A stretch of DNA of 64,000 nucleotides from an uncultured Alphaproteobacteria bacterium (GTDB lineage Bacteria; Pseudomonadota; Alphaproteobacteria; Rhizobiales; Xanthobacteraceae), in NCBI GenBank assembly GCA_963756805.1, contig CAVWPH010000012.1, positions 49,742 to 113,741 of the forward strand. The letters are read 5' to 3'. Below the pieces are notes generated by a model. The model saw only the letters and a program-made list of their open reading frames with translations, was not told the origin of the DNA and made no database searches. Shown here piece by piece: positions 10,836 to 20,884 of this stretch (position 1 is its first letter; each line of letters begins with the position of its first letter). The position numbers and the translations under genes were made by a program.

Positions 10836-11903
10836 ATGACCGGCGTCATCGTAACCGAACAGACAAAGCCCGGCTCCAAGCACAACGTGCAAGGCGCGCG
10901 GCAGGCTTATTACGACAAAATCGCCAAGTACCACATGACCCCGCTGTGGGAGGTGCTCAAGGACCTGGTGACGCCGGAGCCGCGCACCCAAATGCGGCCG
11001 ACGCTGTGGAAGTTCGCCGACGTCAAGAAGCTGATGCTGGAAGCCGGCGACGTGATCAGCGCGGAAGAAGCCGAGCGCCGCGTGCTGGTCCTGGAAAATC
11101 CCGGCCTGCCCGGCAAGTCGCGCATCACCAATTCGTTGTTCGCGGGCATTCAACTGATCATGCCGGGCGAAGTCGCCGACGTGCATCGCCATGTCTCCTC
11201 CGCCATCCGCTTCGTTCTCGACGGCGAGGGCGCCTATACCGCGGTCGAAGGCGAGAAGACCATGATGAAGCACGGCGACTTCATCATCACCGCCAATTGG
11301 GCGCCGCACGATCACGGCAATCCCGGCAAGCAGCCGGTGATGTGGCTCGACGTGCTCGACATGCCGACCATCAATCATTTCGAAACGTCGTTCGGCGAGC
11401 ATTTCGACGAGAAGATGCAGAAAGCCAATCACGCCGACGGCAACTCGTTCGATCGCTATGCCTCCGGCGTTCTGCCGGACGGCGCGCCGATCCACCTCAA
11501 CCGTTCGCCGGTGATCAATTATCCTTACGCCAAGATGCGGCCGATCCTGACGCGGCTTAAAGAAACCGGCGATATCGACAAGCGCCACGGCGCGCGCATG
11601 CGCTACGCCAATCCGATCAATGGCGGGCCGGTGCTGCCCACCATGGGCGCCAACCTCGCGCTGCTGCCCAAGGGCTTCAAAGGCGAGCCGTACCGCTCGA
11701 CCGACGGCACCATCTTTGCAGTCGCCGAGGGCAACGGCACCACCATCATCGACGGCAAGCCGTTCGAATGGGGCGTCAACGACGTGTTCGTGGTGCCGCC
11801 ATGGAAGAAGTATCACCACCACGCCTCCAGCGAAGCGGTGCTGTTTTCGATTTCCGATAAGCCGGCGCAGGAAGCGCTGGGCATCTGGCGGGAAGGGAAC
11901 TAA
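10836..11903 (+). CDS. gtdA: Gentisate 1,2-dioxygenase family bicupin
   Basis: AERRVLVLENPGL, HRH and HDH metal ligands, WLDVLD, YANPING. Confidence 0.85.
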   Translation: MTGVIVTEQTKPGSKHNVQGARQAYYDKIAKYHMTPLWEVLKDLVTPEPRTQMRPTLWKFADVKKLMLEAGDVISAEEAERRVLVLENPGLPGKSRITNSLFAGIQLIMPGEVADVHRHVSSAIRFVLDGEGAYTAVEGEKTMMKHGDFIITANWAPHDHGNPGKQPVMWLDVLDMPTINHFETSFGEHFDEKMQKANHADGNSFDRYASGVLPDGAPIHLNRSPVINYPYAKMRPILTRLKETGDIDKRHGARMRYANPINGGPVLPTMGANLALLPKGFKGEPYRSTDGTIFAVAEGNGTTIIDGKPFEWGVNDVFVVPPWKKYHHHASSEAVLFSISDKPAQEALGIWREGN

Positions 11904-11911
11904 GCGGCCGC

Positions 11912-13849
11912 TTACGCCGCCGCCAATCGCTTCGCTGAACGGGCCTGGATGTAATTGAACGCCAATACGACGACCGCGCCGCCAAGGCCTGCCCAATCGA
12001 GCAGGTCGGCGCCGGCAAATACATGCGGCGGGATCAGGATCGCTAGCGCCGCGGCGCCAAAGGCCAGCCGCAGCACAATCGTCATCGGACCGAAGGCAAA
12101 GCCGACAATGGCGGCTGTGCCGACGAATATGCCGAGCACGTTGCGCGTTAGATTCCACACGATCGACAGCCAGGTCCCGTTCATCAGCATGCTCGGTTCG
12201 GTGACGAACAAAAACGGGATGAAGAACGTGCTCCAGCCTACCACGACCGCGGTCCAGCCGGTGGTCCAGCCCGATACGCGCGCGATGTTGGCCGCCGCAT
12301 AGGCCGCAATCGCCACCGGCGGCGTGATCATCGACAGCATTCCGAAATACATCACATACATATGCGCCGCCATTGGCGAGACGCCGAGCTTGACGATGGC
12401 CGGCGCCAGCAGTGAGGCGGTCAGTACATAGACGCTAACCGTCGGCATGCCCATGCCGAGGATGATGCTGATCAACGCGGTCAGCAGCAGGAGCACGAAC
12501 AAATTCTCCCCGCTGATCGCAATCAGTTGCAGCGTGAGGCCGAACGAGATGCCGGATATATTGAGCGAGCCGACCACCATGCCGGCGGCGGCGCCGATCA
12601 GGATGATGTCGAGCGCGGCGCGGCCGGTATCGAGGATTGCGCGCAGCATCTGACCGACGGTGACGCGCTTGCCGCGATAACCGAAAGTAAGGCTGAGCAC
12701 GACCAGCATGGCGGTCGAATAGATCGCCGCGCGCTCGATCGGAATCTTGAAATATTCCGGCCAGGTCAACGTCGCGATCAGGAACGCGATCGGGATCGGA
12801 AAATGCCAGCCCGATTTCACCACTTCGAGGAAGGGCGGAATGTTGTCGACCTTGACGGCGCCGATGCGGTGCTTGGCTGCCTCCAGATCGACATGGATGA
12901 ACAGCGCGATGTAGTAGAGTAGCGCCGGGATCACCGCGGCCACCACCACCGCGCTGTATGGCACCTGCAGGAATTCGGCCATGATGAAGGCGGCCGCGCC
13001 CATCACCGGCGGCATCAATTGCCCGCCGGTAGAGCCGACCAATTCAATAGCGGCCGCGCGCGTTGGCGAAAATCCCGAGCGCGCCATCAGCGGAATGGTG
13101 ACGATCCCGACCGCCATCACATTGCTCACCGCGGCGCCCGAGATCATGCCGAACAGCGCCGAGCCCACCACCGCAATTTTGGCGGCGCCGCCGCGGTAAT
13201 TGCCCATCGCCGACATGGCAAGATCGGCGAAATAATTGGCGCCGCCGGTACGCCCTAGCACCTGGCCCATCAGCGTGAACGGCACCACGATCAGCACGGC
13301 GACGCCGAGGATCTGGCCGATCATGCCATTGGTGTCGAGACCGAGATAAACCAGCAGGCGTTCGAACGACACCGGCTTGGTGGCGAAATCGGCCGGCATA
13401 TGCGGGCCGATGAAGACATAAGCCGAGATGATCAGGATGATAGCAACAAGCACGCCGCCGGCGGTGCGGCGCGTGGCTTCCAGCACCAGCAGAATGAGTA
13501 TGGCGCTGCCGACAATGCCTTCCGTAGGCAGCAGCGCGATCGAATAGGTCAGCGGCTCGTAGCGCACTGCGATATAGCCGCAGATGCCGATCGCCAAGGC
13601 AGCGGCGGCCCAGCCGGCCCACTGGAATTTGAATTTCGCATTGATGAACGAAATTGCCAGACTCAAGCCCAGACACACCGCCAGCAATTGCTCGGTATAG
13701 AACGAAATACCGAAGAGCTTGCGCGGCACGTCGAGCACCCAGCCGACCACGCAGGCAAGCAGGATCGCCTGCAGGATATCGGTAGCACGCGTGACGGCGA
13801 GCGATGCGGCGGGTTGCGCCGCATCGGCCGTTGCATGCGGTTCGCTCAC
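11912..13849 (-). CDS. TAXI-type TRAP transporter, fused 4TM/12TM permease
   Basis: GGAAKIAVVGSALFGMISG, STGGQLMPPVMGAAAF, GMGMPT, ITPPVA. Confidence 0.92.
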   Translation of the reverse strand: MSEPHATADAAQPAASLAVTRATDILQAILLACVVGWVLDVPRKLFGISFYTEQLLAVCLGLSLAISFINAKFKFQWAGWAAAALAIGICGYIAVRYEPLTYSIALLPTEGIVGSAILILLVLEATRRTAGGVLVAIILIISAYVFIGPHMPADFATKPVSFERLLVYLGLDTNGMIGQILGVAVLIVVPFTLMGQVLGRTGGANYFADLAMSAMGNYRGGAAKIAVVGSALFGMISGAAVSNVMAVGIVTIPLMARSGFSPTRAAAIELVGSTGGQLMPPVMGAAAFIMAEFLQVPYSAVVVAAVIPALLYYIALFIHVDLEAAKHRIGAVKVDNIPPFLEVVKSGWHFPIPIAFLIATLTWPEYFKIPIERAAIYSTAMLVVLSLTFGYRGKRVTVGQMLRAILDTGRAALDIILIGAAAGMVVGSLNISGISFGLTLQLIAISGENLFVLLLLTALISIILGMGMPTVSVYVLTASLLAPAIVKLGVSPMAAHMYVMYFGMLSMITPPVAIAAYAAANIARVSGWTTGWTAVVVGWSTFFIPFLFVTEPSMLMNGTWLSIVWNLTRNVLGIFVGTAAIVGFAFGPMTIVLRLAFGAAALAILIPPHVFAGADLLDWAGLGGAVVVLAFNYIQARSAKRLAAA

Positions 13850-14806
13850 TTAACCGCCTTGGCTTCGATCTTGTGATCCTTGAAATATTTCAAGGCGCCG
13901 GGGTGGTAAGGGATGTCATATTGCTTATAGAGCGTCGCGGCGCTGAAATCGCGGAACGCCGGCAGCAAGCGTGACGAGTTCTGCTTTGTTGTTCTCCAAC
14001 GTGTCGATCATCTTGTAGATGACCTCTTCCTTCACCTTGGAATTGGTGAAGATCATGTTGTCCCAAGCATAGACGCCCATGGCATGATCGACGCCGATAA
14101 AAAACGGCCCCGGCACGGCCGGGGATAAATAGCCTTGCGGAAGAATTGCCTTGGCCGCCGCCATGCCGCTCTCCGGAATTTCCAGTGCGCGGATGCCGCC
14201 GGTGGTGGCGTCGACTTCGCGCACCTTCGGCGCGCCGAAGGCGAAGAAGAACATGTCGGCGGCGCCGGAGGTGAAATCGTCAGCGCCGCGCACGACATTG
14301 GGCACCAGCACCGGGCTGACATCCTTCTCGGTCAGGCCGCCGGTTGCAAGGATCGCGCGCACCAGTGGATCGATAGTGCGCATGGCGGAGAATCCCATTA
14401 CCACCTTCTTGCCTTTGAGATCGGCGATGGTCTTCATGGTGGTGTCCTTGCGCACCCAGAAGGCGCCGCGTAGGGCGTAGACCGAGCCGATCAGCCGCAG
14501 GTCGGGGCTGGTTTTGGCGGCGGCGGTCACCTCGAAAATGTTGGCGATGCCGAGATCGGATTCGCCGCGCGCTACTAGCGGGATCAGCGTGGTCTCGCCA
14601 GCCATCGGCTGAACCAGCACGTTGAAACCGCCCTTTTCCTTGAGCACCTTGGCGATGGCCGAGGCGCTGGTGTAGCTCAGCGTGCCGGGCTGCATGGTGG
14701 CGAGCCCGTAGGTCTGTGCCGCCGCTCCGCCTGCGCCGAGCGCGGCAGCGAGCAAGCCCGCCACCGCGGTCGGGCCGAATTTGGCTATTTTCGCTAGGAT
14801 CGACAT
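13846..14806 (-). CDS. TAXI family TRAP solute receptor (frameshift near 13965)
   Basis: Signal peptide, ADLKGKKV; C-terminus continues as IPYHPGALKYFKDHKIEAKAVK* in another frame, overlapping the permease GTG. Confidence 0.85.
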
Positions 14807-14963
14807 CGCATCAGCCTCCCATTTTCTGTCTATTTTTGTCTAAGTCCGTTCTTGAACTAATTTTTACACAAGACGGAAAGTAACGCGAGGCTAGGCGTTA
14901 TAAATATAGCGGCAATAGCGGGGACGCCGCCCATCGGGAATTAAGCGGCCAATGGAGGATTCG

Positions 14964-15752
14964 ATGCAGTTTGAACCACTCACAGCAGGCCACGGCTCGC
15001 TTACGGCTGTTCGCACGGGGCAGGGCCGCGATCTGGTCGTGCTGCATTCTCTGCTGACCGACCGCCACGCTTTCGATGCCGTACTGCCGGCGCTGGCCGC
15101 CAAGCATCGCGTCACGCTGATCAATCTGCCGGGTTTTCATGGCTCGCAAGCGCCGCTGCTGGCGCTGATGGACGCCTACGTCGCCACCATCGAGGACGGC
15201 TTTGACGAATTCCACATCGCCAAAGACGCGGTGCTGATGGGCAACGGGTTTGGCGGCACGGTGGCGCTCGCTTTTGCCCTCGCCCATCCCGAACGCATCT
15301 CTAAGCTCGTCCTTAGCGATGCCGCCGCCGGCTTTCCGCCTGAGGGGCGCAAGGCCTTCGAGGTGATGGCGCAAAAGGTCGCCGAGGCAGGGCTCGGCGC
15401 CATCGCCGAAATCGCCGCAAGCCGCGTGTTCTCGCCCGCCTATCTCGCGGCGCACGCCGAAAAGATCGAGGAACGAAAACAGGTTTTGCTTGCGATAGAC
15501 CCCAAGGCGTTTCAGGCGGCCTGCAAGATTTTGCAGGAAGCCGATCTCACGACGGAACTGCATAAGTTGCGGGTGCCGACGCTGGTTGTGTGCGGCGAGT
15601 TCGATCAGGCCACGCCGCCGGCGCTTAACAAGCAGATCGCCGAGAAAGTTCCCGGCGCGGCTTACGTCGAATTGCCGGCTTGCGGCCATTGCCCGCCGCT
15701 GGAGCAGCCGGAACAGTTCATCGCGGCGATCAAAGATTTTGTCGGGTTGTAG
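14964..15752 (+). CDS. Alpha/beta hydrolase, PcaD/CatD-like, with GNGFGG in place of GxSxG
   Basis: NLPGFHGS, VPTLVVCGEFD, GHCPPLE; GGAGG RBS before ATG 14964. Confidence 0.85.
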   Translation: MQFEPLTAGHGSLTAVRTGQGRDLVVLHSLLTDRHAFDAVLPALAAKHRVTLINLPGFHGSQAPLLALMDAYVATIEDGFDEFHIAKDAVLMGNGFGGTVALAFALAHPERISKLVLSDAAAGFPPEGRKAFEVMAQKVAEAGLGAIAEIAASRVFSPAYLAAHAEKIEERKQVLLAIDPKAFQAACKILQEADLTTELHKLRVPTLVVCGEFDQATPPALNKQIAEKVPGAAYVELPACGHCPPLEQPEQFIAAIKDFVGL

Positions 15753-15839
15753 TTATCGCCAATTCACTCCGGCGATCCCCCCTAGTCTGTCCTAAAAATG
15801 TCGTTCAGAATGGCACCTTGGGTATTAGGGGGACGGACG

Positions 15840-16604
15840 ATGCTGAAGGGTCGAGTTGCATTAATTGGCTGCTTGGTAGCGCTGGTTTCGGCTTTTGCAA
15901 TGCCCGCGCAGGCGGACGACGGGGAGTTATGGGGCGCGCTTGCGGCCGGGATGACGAACACGCGAGTGGCCGTCGGCACGGGGATAAAATTCGACACCAA
16001 GGCGGAGGCTGAAGCCGGTGCGCTGAAAGCCTGCCGCGAGCAAGGCGTGCCCGGCTGCAAGGTCGTCGATACATTTACCGGCTGCGGCTACATCACCACC
16101 GGCACAAACCAATCCGCCAGACGCGTCGGCTGGGGCTCAGGTCCATCGCCCGCCGCGGCGACGGCGTCATGCCGCAAGCGGGGCCTGAGCTGTACCAAGG
16201 AGCCGAAGGGCGGTTGCAATACGGTCGCAAACAGGTCCGGCGGCGGCCTGAGCGAAAAGTCCACCGGCTTGAGCGACAAGGGCAACGGCCTGCGAGAGGT
16301 GCCGAGTTCCTCACCGTCCGAAAATACCCATAACTTGGCGGGAAGATATTCGATGACGGGAACCAACCCGAATGGCAGCACCTATCACGGTTTGGTCACC
16401 ATCTCGCGGGACGGCGATCTCTATGAATTCAATTGGCGGATTTCCAACGGCGACACGTTCCACGGCAAGGGCAGGCTGCGCGGCAGCACCATCTCGGTCG
16501 ATTGGGGGCAGAAATATCCCGTCATCTATGATGTCGATTCCGACGGTAAGCTGCACGGCACCTGGTCCGACGGCAAGGCCAGCGAGGAATTGGTGCGCGA
16601 CTGA
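15840..16604 (+). CDS. Secreted two-domain protein: Cys-rich DUF4189-like domain plus beta-rich C-terminal domain
   Basis: Signal peptide ending AQA; WGALA..AEAGALKAC..GC..GC pattern; Ser/Gly linker; GRYSMTGTNPNGSTY..LHGTW. Confidence 0.65.
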   Translation: MLKGRVALIGCLVALVSAFAMPAQADDGELWGALAAGMTNTRVAVGTGIKFDTKAEAEAGALKACREQGVPGCKVVDTFTGCGYITTGTNQSARRVGWGSGPSPAAATASCRKRGLSCTKEPKGGCNTVANRSGGGLSEKSTGLSDKGNGLREVPSSSPSENTHNLAGRYSMTGTNPNGSTYHGLVTISRDGDLYEFNWRISNGDTFHGKGRLRGSTISVDWGQKYPVIYDVDSDGKLHGTWSDGKASEELVRD

Positions 16605-16613
16605 TCGGTGCGT

Positions 16614-17699
16614 CTAAGCCAGCGCCTTCATCACCGCGTTCGCAATTGCCGTCGTCCCGTCCTTGCCGCCATATTCCATCGGCTTGAGGCCGCTCGCGTA
16701 AGCCGCATCAACTGCGCGCTCGATGCGTAGAGCGGCCTCGGCAGCGGGCGGATGATCGTGTTTGTCGGCCAGCCAATCGAGCATCATGGCGGCCGACAAG
16801 ATCATCGCCGTCGGATTGGCTTTTCCCTGGCCCATGATATCGGGCGCGGTGCCGTGGCAGGGCTGAAACACGGCGTGCTTGTCGCCGATATCGGCCGAGG
16901 GCGCGATGCCGAGCCCGCCGATCAGGCCGGCGGCCAAGTCCGAGAGAATATCGCCGAACATATTCTCCATCACCATCACGTCGAAATCCCACGGCTTTTT
17001 CACCATCATGGCGGCGCAGGCATCGACATAAAGGAAATCGGTTTTCACATCCGCGAATTTCACTTTACGCTCGGCGAAAATGTCGCGCTGCCAGTTAAAG
17101 GCTTTGAACACGTTGGCCTTGTCGACCAGCGTGAGCCTTCCGGGGCGGCCGCGCTTCTTTCGCCGCTCGGCGAGCTTCAGCGAAAAATCGAATAGCCGCT
17201 CAGTGGTCTTGCGCGTCACGACGAGCGTCTCGCGCGCTTCGTCATGTGTGGTCACGCCTTTGCCCATGGAGGCGAACAGGCCTTCGGTCGATTCGCGAAT
17301 GAGCACGAAATCGATGCCGTGTTCCTGCGCTCCGACGATCGGGCTTGGCACGCCGCGAACCAGCCGTGCGGGGCGCACACCGGCATAGAGATCGAAAATA
17401 AAGCGCAGCTCCACCTGCGGCATGATTTCGGTGCTGTCGGGATAACGCACACTGGGTAATCCACATGCGCCGAGCAGAATGGCATCGGCATCGCCGCACA
17501 ATTTGACGGTTTTTTCCGACATCGACTTGCCGGTGGCTTTGTATTCTTCCGCGCCGGCAGGCGCCTCAGAGAATCGAAATTTCAGGCTCGGCGTCGTCGC
17601 CTCGATGCGGCGCAGCACGTCGAGCGCGGGCGCCATCACCTCATGCCCGATGCCGTCGCCGGGCAGCACGGCAATATGGAAGGCGGTGTTGGCGGACAT
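16614..17699 (-). CDS. Isocitrate/isopropylmalate/tartrate dehydrogenase family protein
   Basis: LPGDGIG, RESTEG, DKANV, NMFGDILSDL, HGTAPDI. Confidence 0.9.
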   Translation of the reverse strand: MSANTAFHIAVLPGDGIGHEVMAPALDVLRRIEATTPSLKFRFSEAPAGAEEYKATGKSMSEKTVKLCGDADAILLGACGLPSVRYPDSTEIMPQVELRFIFDLYAGVRPARLVRGVPSPIVGAQEHGIDFVLIRESTEGLFASMGKGVTTHDEARETLVVTRKTTERLFDFSLKLAERRKKRGRPGRLTLVDKANVFKAFNWQRDIFAERKVKFADVKTDFLYVDACAAMMVKKPWDFDVMVMENMFGDILSDLAAGLIGGLGIAPSADIGDKHAVFQPCHGTAPDIMGQGKANPTAMILSAAMMLDWLADKHDHPPAAEAALRIERAVDAAYASGLKPMEYGGKDGTTAIANAVMKALA

Positions 17700-17788
17700 G
17701 GGTGAAATTTCCGGGTGGAGTTGCGGGCGCAGATGGGTAATGAATAGGTTGGCGCGCCAGAGCGCAAGAGAGCGCAAGGGAGCAAGGT

Positions 17789-18559
17789 ATGCCTCGGTTT
17801 TCGGCTCATCTGGACTATCTTTTCACCGACCGTCCGCTACTGCAACGCATCGATGCCGCCGCCGCGGCCGGCTTTGCGGCGGTCGAGTGCCGCTTTCCGG
17901 AGGGCGTACCCGCCGATCAATTCAAGCGCGCGCTCGAGCGCAGCAACGTGCAAGCACTGGGGATTAATTCGCCGACGGGCGGCGAGGGCGAATTCGGATT
18001 TTGCGCCGTGCCCGGCCGTCAGGATGAGTGGAGAAAATCCTTCGCCGACGCGCTCGATTACGTTACCGCCGTCGGCGCAACGGCCATTCATTGCCTGGCC
18101 GGCAAGGTCGATCGGGCCGCGCGCGCCGAGGCGGAGACCGTGTTCGTCGACAACCTGAAACGCGCGGCCGATCTCGCGGCGGAACGCAACATCAAGCTCT
18201 ATATCGAGCCCATCAACCCGGGCGACGTGCCGGGTTATTTTCTATATCAGGTGGAGCATGCGGCCGATGTTATCGCTAAGGTCGACCGGCCGAATTTGTG
18301 GCTGCAATACGATTTCTATCACGTGCAGATCGTCGGTGGCGATCTGATCAGGCGCTTTGAGAAGCACGCTAAGATCATCGGCCACGTCCAATGCTCGCAG
18401 GTGCCGGTGCGCCATGAACCCGATGACGACGGCGAAATCAACTATCCATTCGTCTTTTCCGAGGTTGACCGGCTTGGCTATAAGGGCTGGATCGGCGCCG
18501 AATATCGCCCGCGCGCGCGCACCGAAGACGGGCTCGGGTGGATGGCGAAATATCGTTAG
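17789..18559 (+). CDS. Hydroxypyruvate isomerase family protein (Hyi/OtnI-like)
   Basis: AGFAAVE, IEPIN, YDFYHVQ, RHEP, GEINY, GWIGAEYRP. Confidence 0.88.
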   Translation: MPRFSAHLDYLFTDRPLLQRIDAAAAAGFAAVECRFPEGVPADQFKRALERSNVQALGINSPTGGEGEFGFCAVPGRQDEWRKSFADALDYVTAVGATAIHCLAGKVDRAARAEAETVFVDNLKRAADLAAERNIKLYIEPINPGDVPGYFLYQVEHAADVIAKVDRPNLWLQYDFYHVQIVGGDLIRRFEKHAKIIGHVQCSQVPVRHEPDDDGEINYPFVFSEVDRLGYKGWIGAEYRPRARTEDGLGWMAKYR

Positions 18560-18570
18560 GGGAGGACTTC

Positions 18571-19311
18571 ATGCGCTTGCACGGAACTGTAGCGATCGTT
18601 ACCGGCGGCGGCTCCGGCATGGGCGCGGCCATCGCCGAGACCTATGCCCGTGAGGGCGCCCATGTCGCGGTGGTCGACGTCGATGGCAAGGCGGCGAAAG
18701 CCGTGGCGGAAAAAATCGGTCATGCGGCAATCGCGCTGCCATGCGACGTCACCAAGCGTGCCGAGATCGACGCCGCGGTGGTGGAAACCGCGACAAAATT
18801 CGGCGGTCTCAACGTGCTCGTCAACAATGCCGGCGTCGCACATCTCAACAAGCCGGTGATGGACATCAGCGAAAAGGAATTCGATCGCGTTTTCGCGGTG
18901 AACGTGAAGGGCGTCTTCATGTTCACGCAAGCCGTGCTGCCGCTGATGCGCGGCAAAGGCGGTGTCATCATCAATATCGGCTCGACCGCGGGTCTGCGGC
19001 CGCGTCCCGGCCTCTCGGCCTATAACGCCACCAAGGGCGCGGTGCACAATTTGACCAAGACGATGGCGGTCGAGCTTGCGCCCGACAAGATTCGCGTCTG
19101 TGCCATTGCGCCGGTGGCGACCGATACGCCGCTTTTGCCGACGTTTCTGGGGCCGGCTCCCGGCATGCGCGAAAAATTCGTCGCCACCGTGCCGCTCGGG
19201 CGGCTGGCGGTGGCGCAGGACATCGCCGATGCGGCCCTGTTCCTCGCCTCGGACGAGGCCAAGTTCCTCACCGGCAACATCATGGAAGTGGATGGCGGAC
19301 GCTGCGTTTGA
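18571..19311 (+). CDS. Short-chain dehydrogenase/reductase
   Basis: TGGGSGMG, NNAG, YNATK. Confidence 0.9.
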   Translation: MRLHGTVAIVTGGGSGMGAAIAETYAREGAHVAVVDVDGKAAKAVAEKIGHAAIALPCDVTKRAEIDAAVVETATKFGGLNVLVNNAGVAHLNKPVMDISEKEFDRVFAVNVKGVFMFTQAVLPLMRGKGGVIINIGSTAGLRPRPGLSAYNATKGAVHNLTKTMAVELAPDKIRVCAIAPVATDTPLLPTFLGPAPGMREKFVATVPLGRLAVAQDIADAALFLASDEAKFLTGNIMEVDGGRCV

Positions 19312-19412
19312 TAAGCCGGTAGCATGGTATTCGCCGGTTTTAACCATCAAACTTACTGAAAACCTTCGCTTTTTCGCTTTGCGCCGTGGCCCCCAGTTGC
19401 TAAATTCGGCGC

Positions 19413-19985
19413 ATGTGGGGACGCAGCAAAAAAACCGAAGCCGAAAAGCCTGAGCCGCCGACCGCGCTCAAGGCTGCGGTGCGCGATGCGCGCATCGAGG
19501 CGGCCGAGCGTTCCGGCGTCGTGGTCGATTTGCGCGATGCCGAAGTGGCGCGGCTCGAATTGCTCAACGAGGCGCTCGATCCGCTGTTCAAGGACATCCC
19601 CGACAATGTCGAATTGTTCGACCGCGGCGTCAGCCGGGGCGACATCCCGCGGCTGTGGATCGACGTCATCGCGCATATCGAAATGGGCCGCGACAAGCGC
19701 CAATACCGTTTCGTGCAGGACACCCGCTATGGCCGTGCGGTGCTGGCGGAATCGCACGACGTGCCCGACATCGTTTACGAAGTTACTCGCTACGTCGCAC
19801 GCAGGCTCGTCGAGCGCGAGCGCGCGCTTGCCGACGACACGCCGTTCGGCCAGGCCACCGCGCAAAAAATTCTGGAAAACGAACAGCGCCGCGGCCGTCT
19901 GCGCGCGATCCGCACTTTTGTCTATGGCGCCGTGCTCGCCGTCGCCGTGCTGGTCGCTTTGGCGCTGCTCAGCGCGCACCCTTAA
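19413..19985 (+). CDS. Conserved hypothetical protein with C-terminal membrane anchor
   Basis: GC-typical codon use; LRDAEVARLELL and PRLWID motifs recalled from rhizobial hypotheticals; hydrophobic tail. Confidence 0.7.
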   Translation: MWGRSKKTEAEKPEPPTALKAAVRDARIEAAERSGVVVDLRDAEVARLELLNEALDPLFKDIPDNVELFDRGVSRGDIPRLWIDVIAHIEMGRDKRQYRFVQDTRYGRAVLAESHDVPDIVYEVTRYVARRLVERERALADDTPFGQATAQKILENEQRRGRLRAIRTFVYGAVLAVAVLVALALLSAHP

Positions 19986-20864
19986 CCGATCAATTTCATC
20001 CGCTGCTGTTCGATGACGCCGCGCTCGCCGATGCCGCGCGATATCATTTCGCATTGCCAGCGGCCGGGCGCGCCGTCGATGGCGTAGAGATTGTAGGCGG
20101 CGGCATTTTTGGCTCCATGCGGCGCGGCGGATGCCGACGGCACGCCCACCGCCGGCACGCGCGTACCGTCCGGGCCTTCCAGCCAATTGAGCATGTGCAA
20201 GTGGTCATGGCCGTGCAGCAAAAGTTCGGCGCCGTGCGCCGCGATCACATTCTTGAGCTCAACCGCATCGACCAAGAAGTTTATGCCGCGCCGCCAAGCT
20301 CACCGGCGGGTGATGGATCATCACCACGCGGAAAATATTTTCGTGGCCCAGCTGTTCCAGCATCGCGGCCGCGGCGGCGAGCTGTTGTTCGCCCAGCCGG
20401 CCGGTGGCGAGAAATGGCGCGCTCGGTACCCCGCTCGATAACCCGATCAGTGCAACATTGCCGCGCCGGCGCAGATAGGGGAAACCGGCAACGCCGTCAT
20501 CGCCGGTCATGTAGTCGCCCCATTCGCGCATCGCGATCGGCGCCGCTTGCGCGACATACATGTCGTGGTTGCCGAGGATTAAGCTCACGTCCTTGGGCGC
20601 GCCCAGACTTTCCAGCCACGCACGCCCGCGCGTGAATTCCTCTGGTAGAGCGATATTGGCAAGGTCGCCGGTGACCGCGATGTGATCGGGCTTTTGCGCC
20701 TTCAGGTCGGCGATGAGCGCGTCCAACACCGCCCGCTCGTGCACAAAGCGCCGCCCGCGCCGCCAGTTGATATAGCCGGTGATGCGCTTGTTGATGAGTT
20801 CGTACCAATGCGGCGCCGGCAGCGGCGCCAGATGCGGGTCCGACAGATGGGCGAGGGTGAACAT
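19982..20864 (-). CDS. Calcineurin-like metallophosphoesterase (frameshift near 20270)
   Basis: SDPH, TGD, GNHD, HHPP, then HGHDH in a second frame. Confidence 0.85.
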
Positions 20865-20884
20865 CGCTGCCTCGCGCTAGCTCG

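Noticed and set aside
19340-19347. TTAACCAT CtrA half-site upstream of the 19413 gene
   Set aside because: Single short match without a properly spaced second half; too weak without conservation data.
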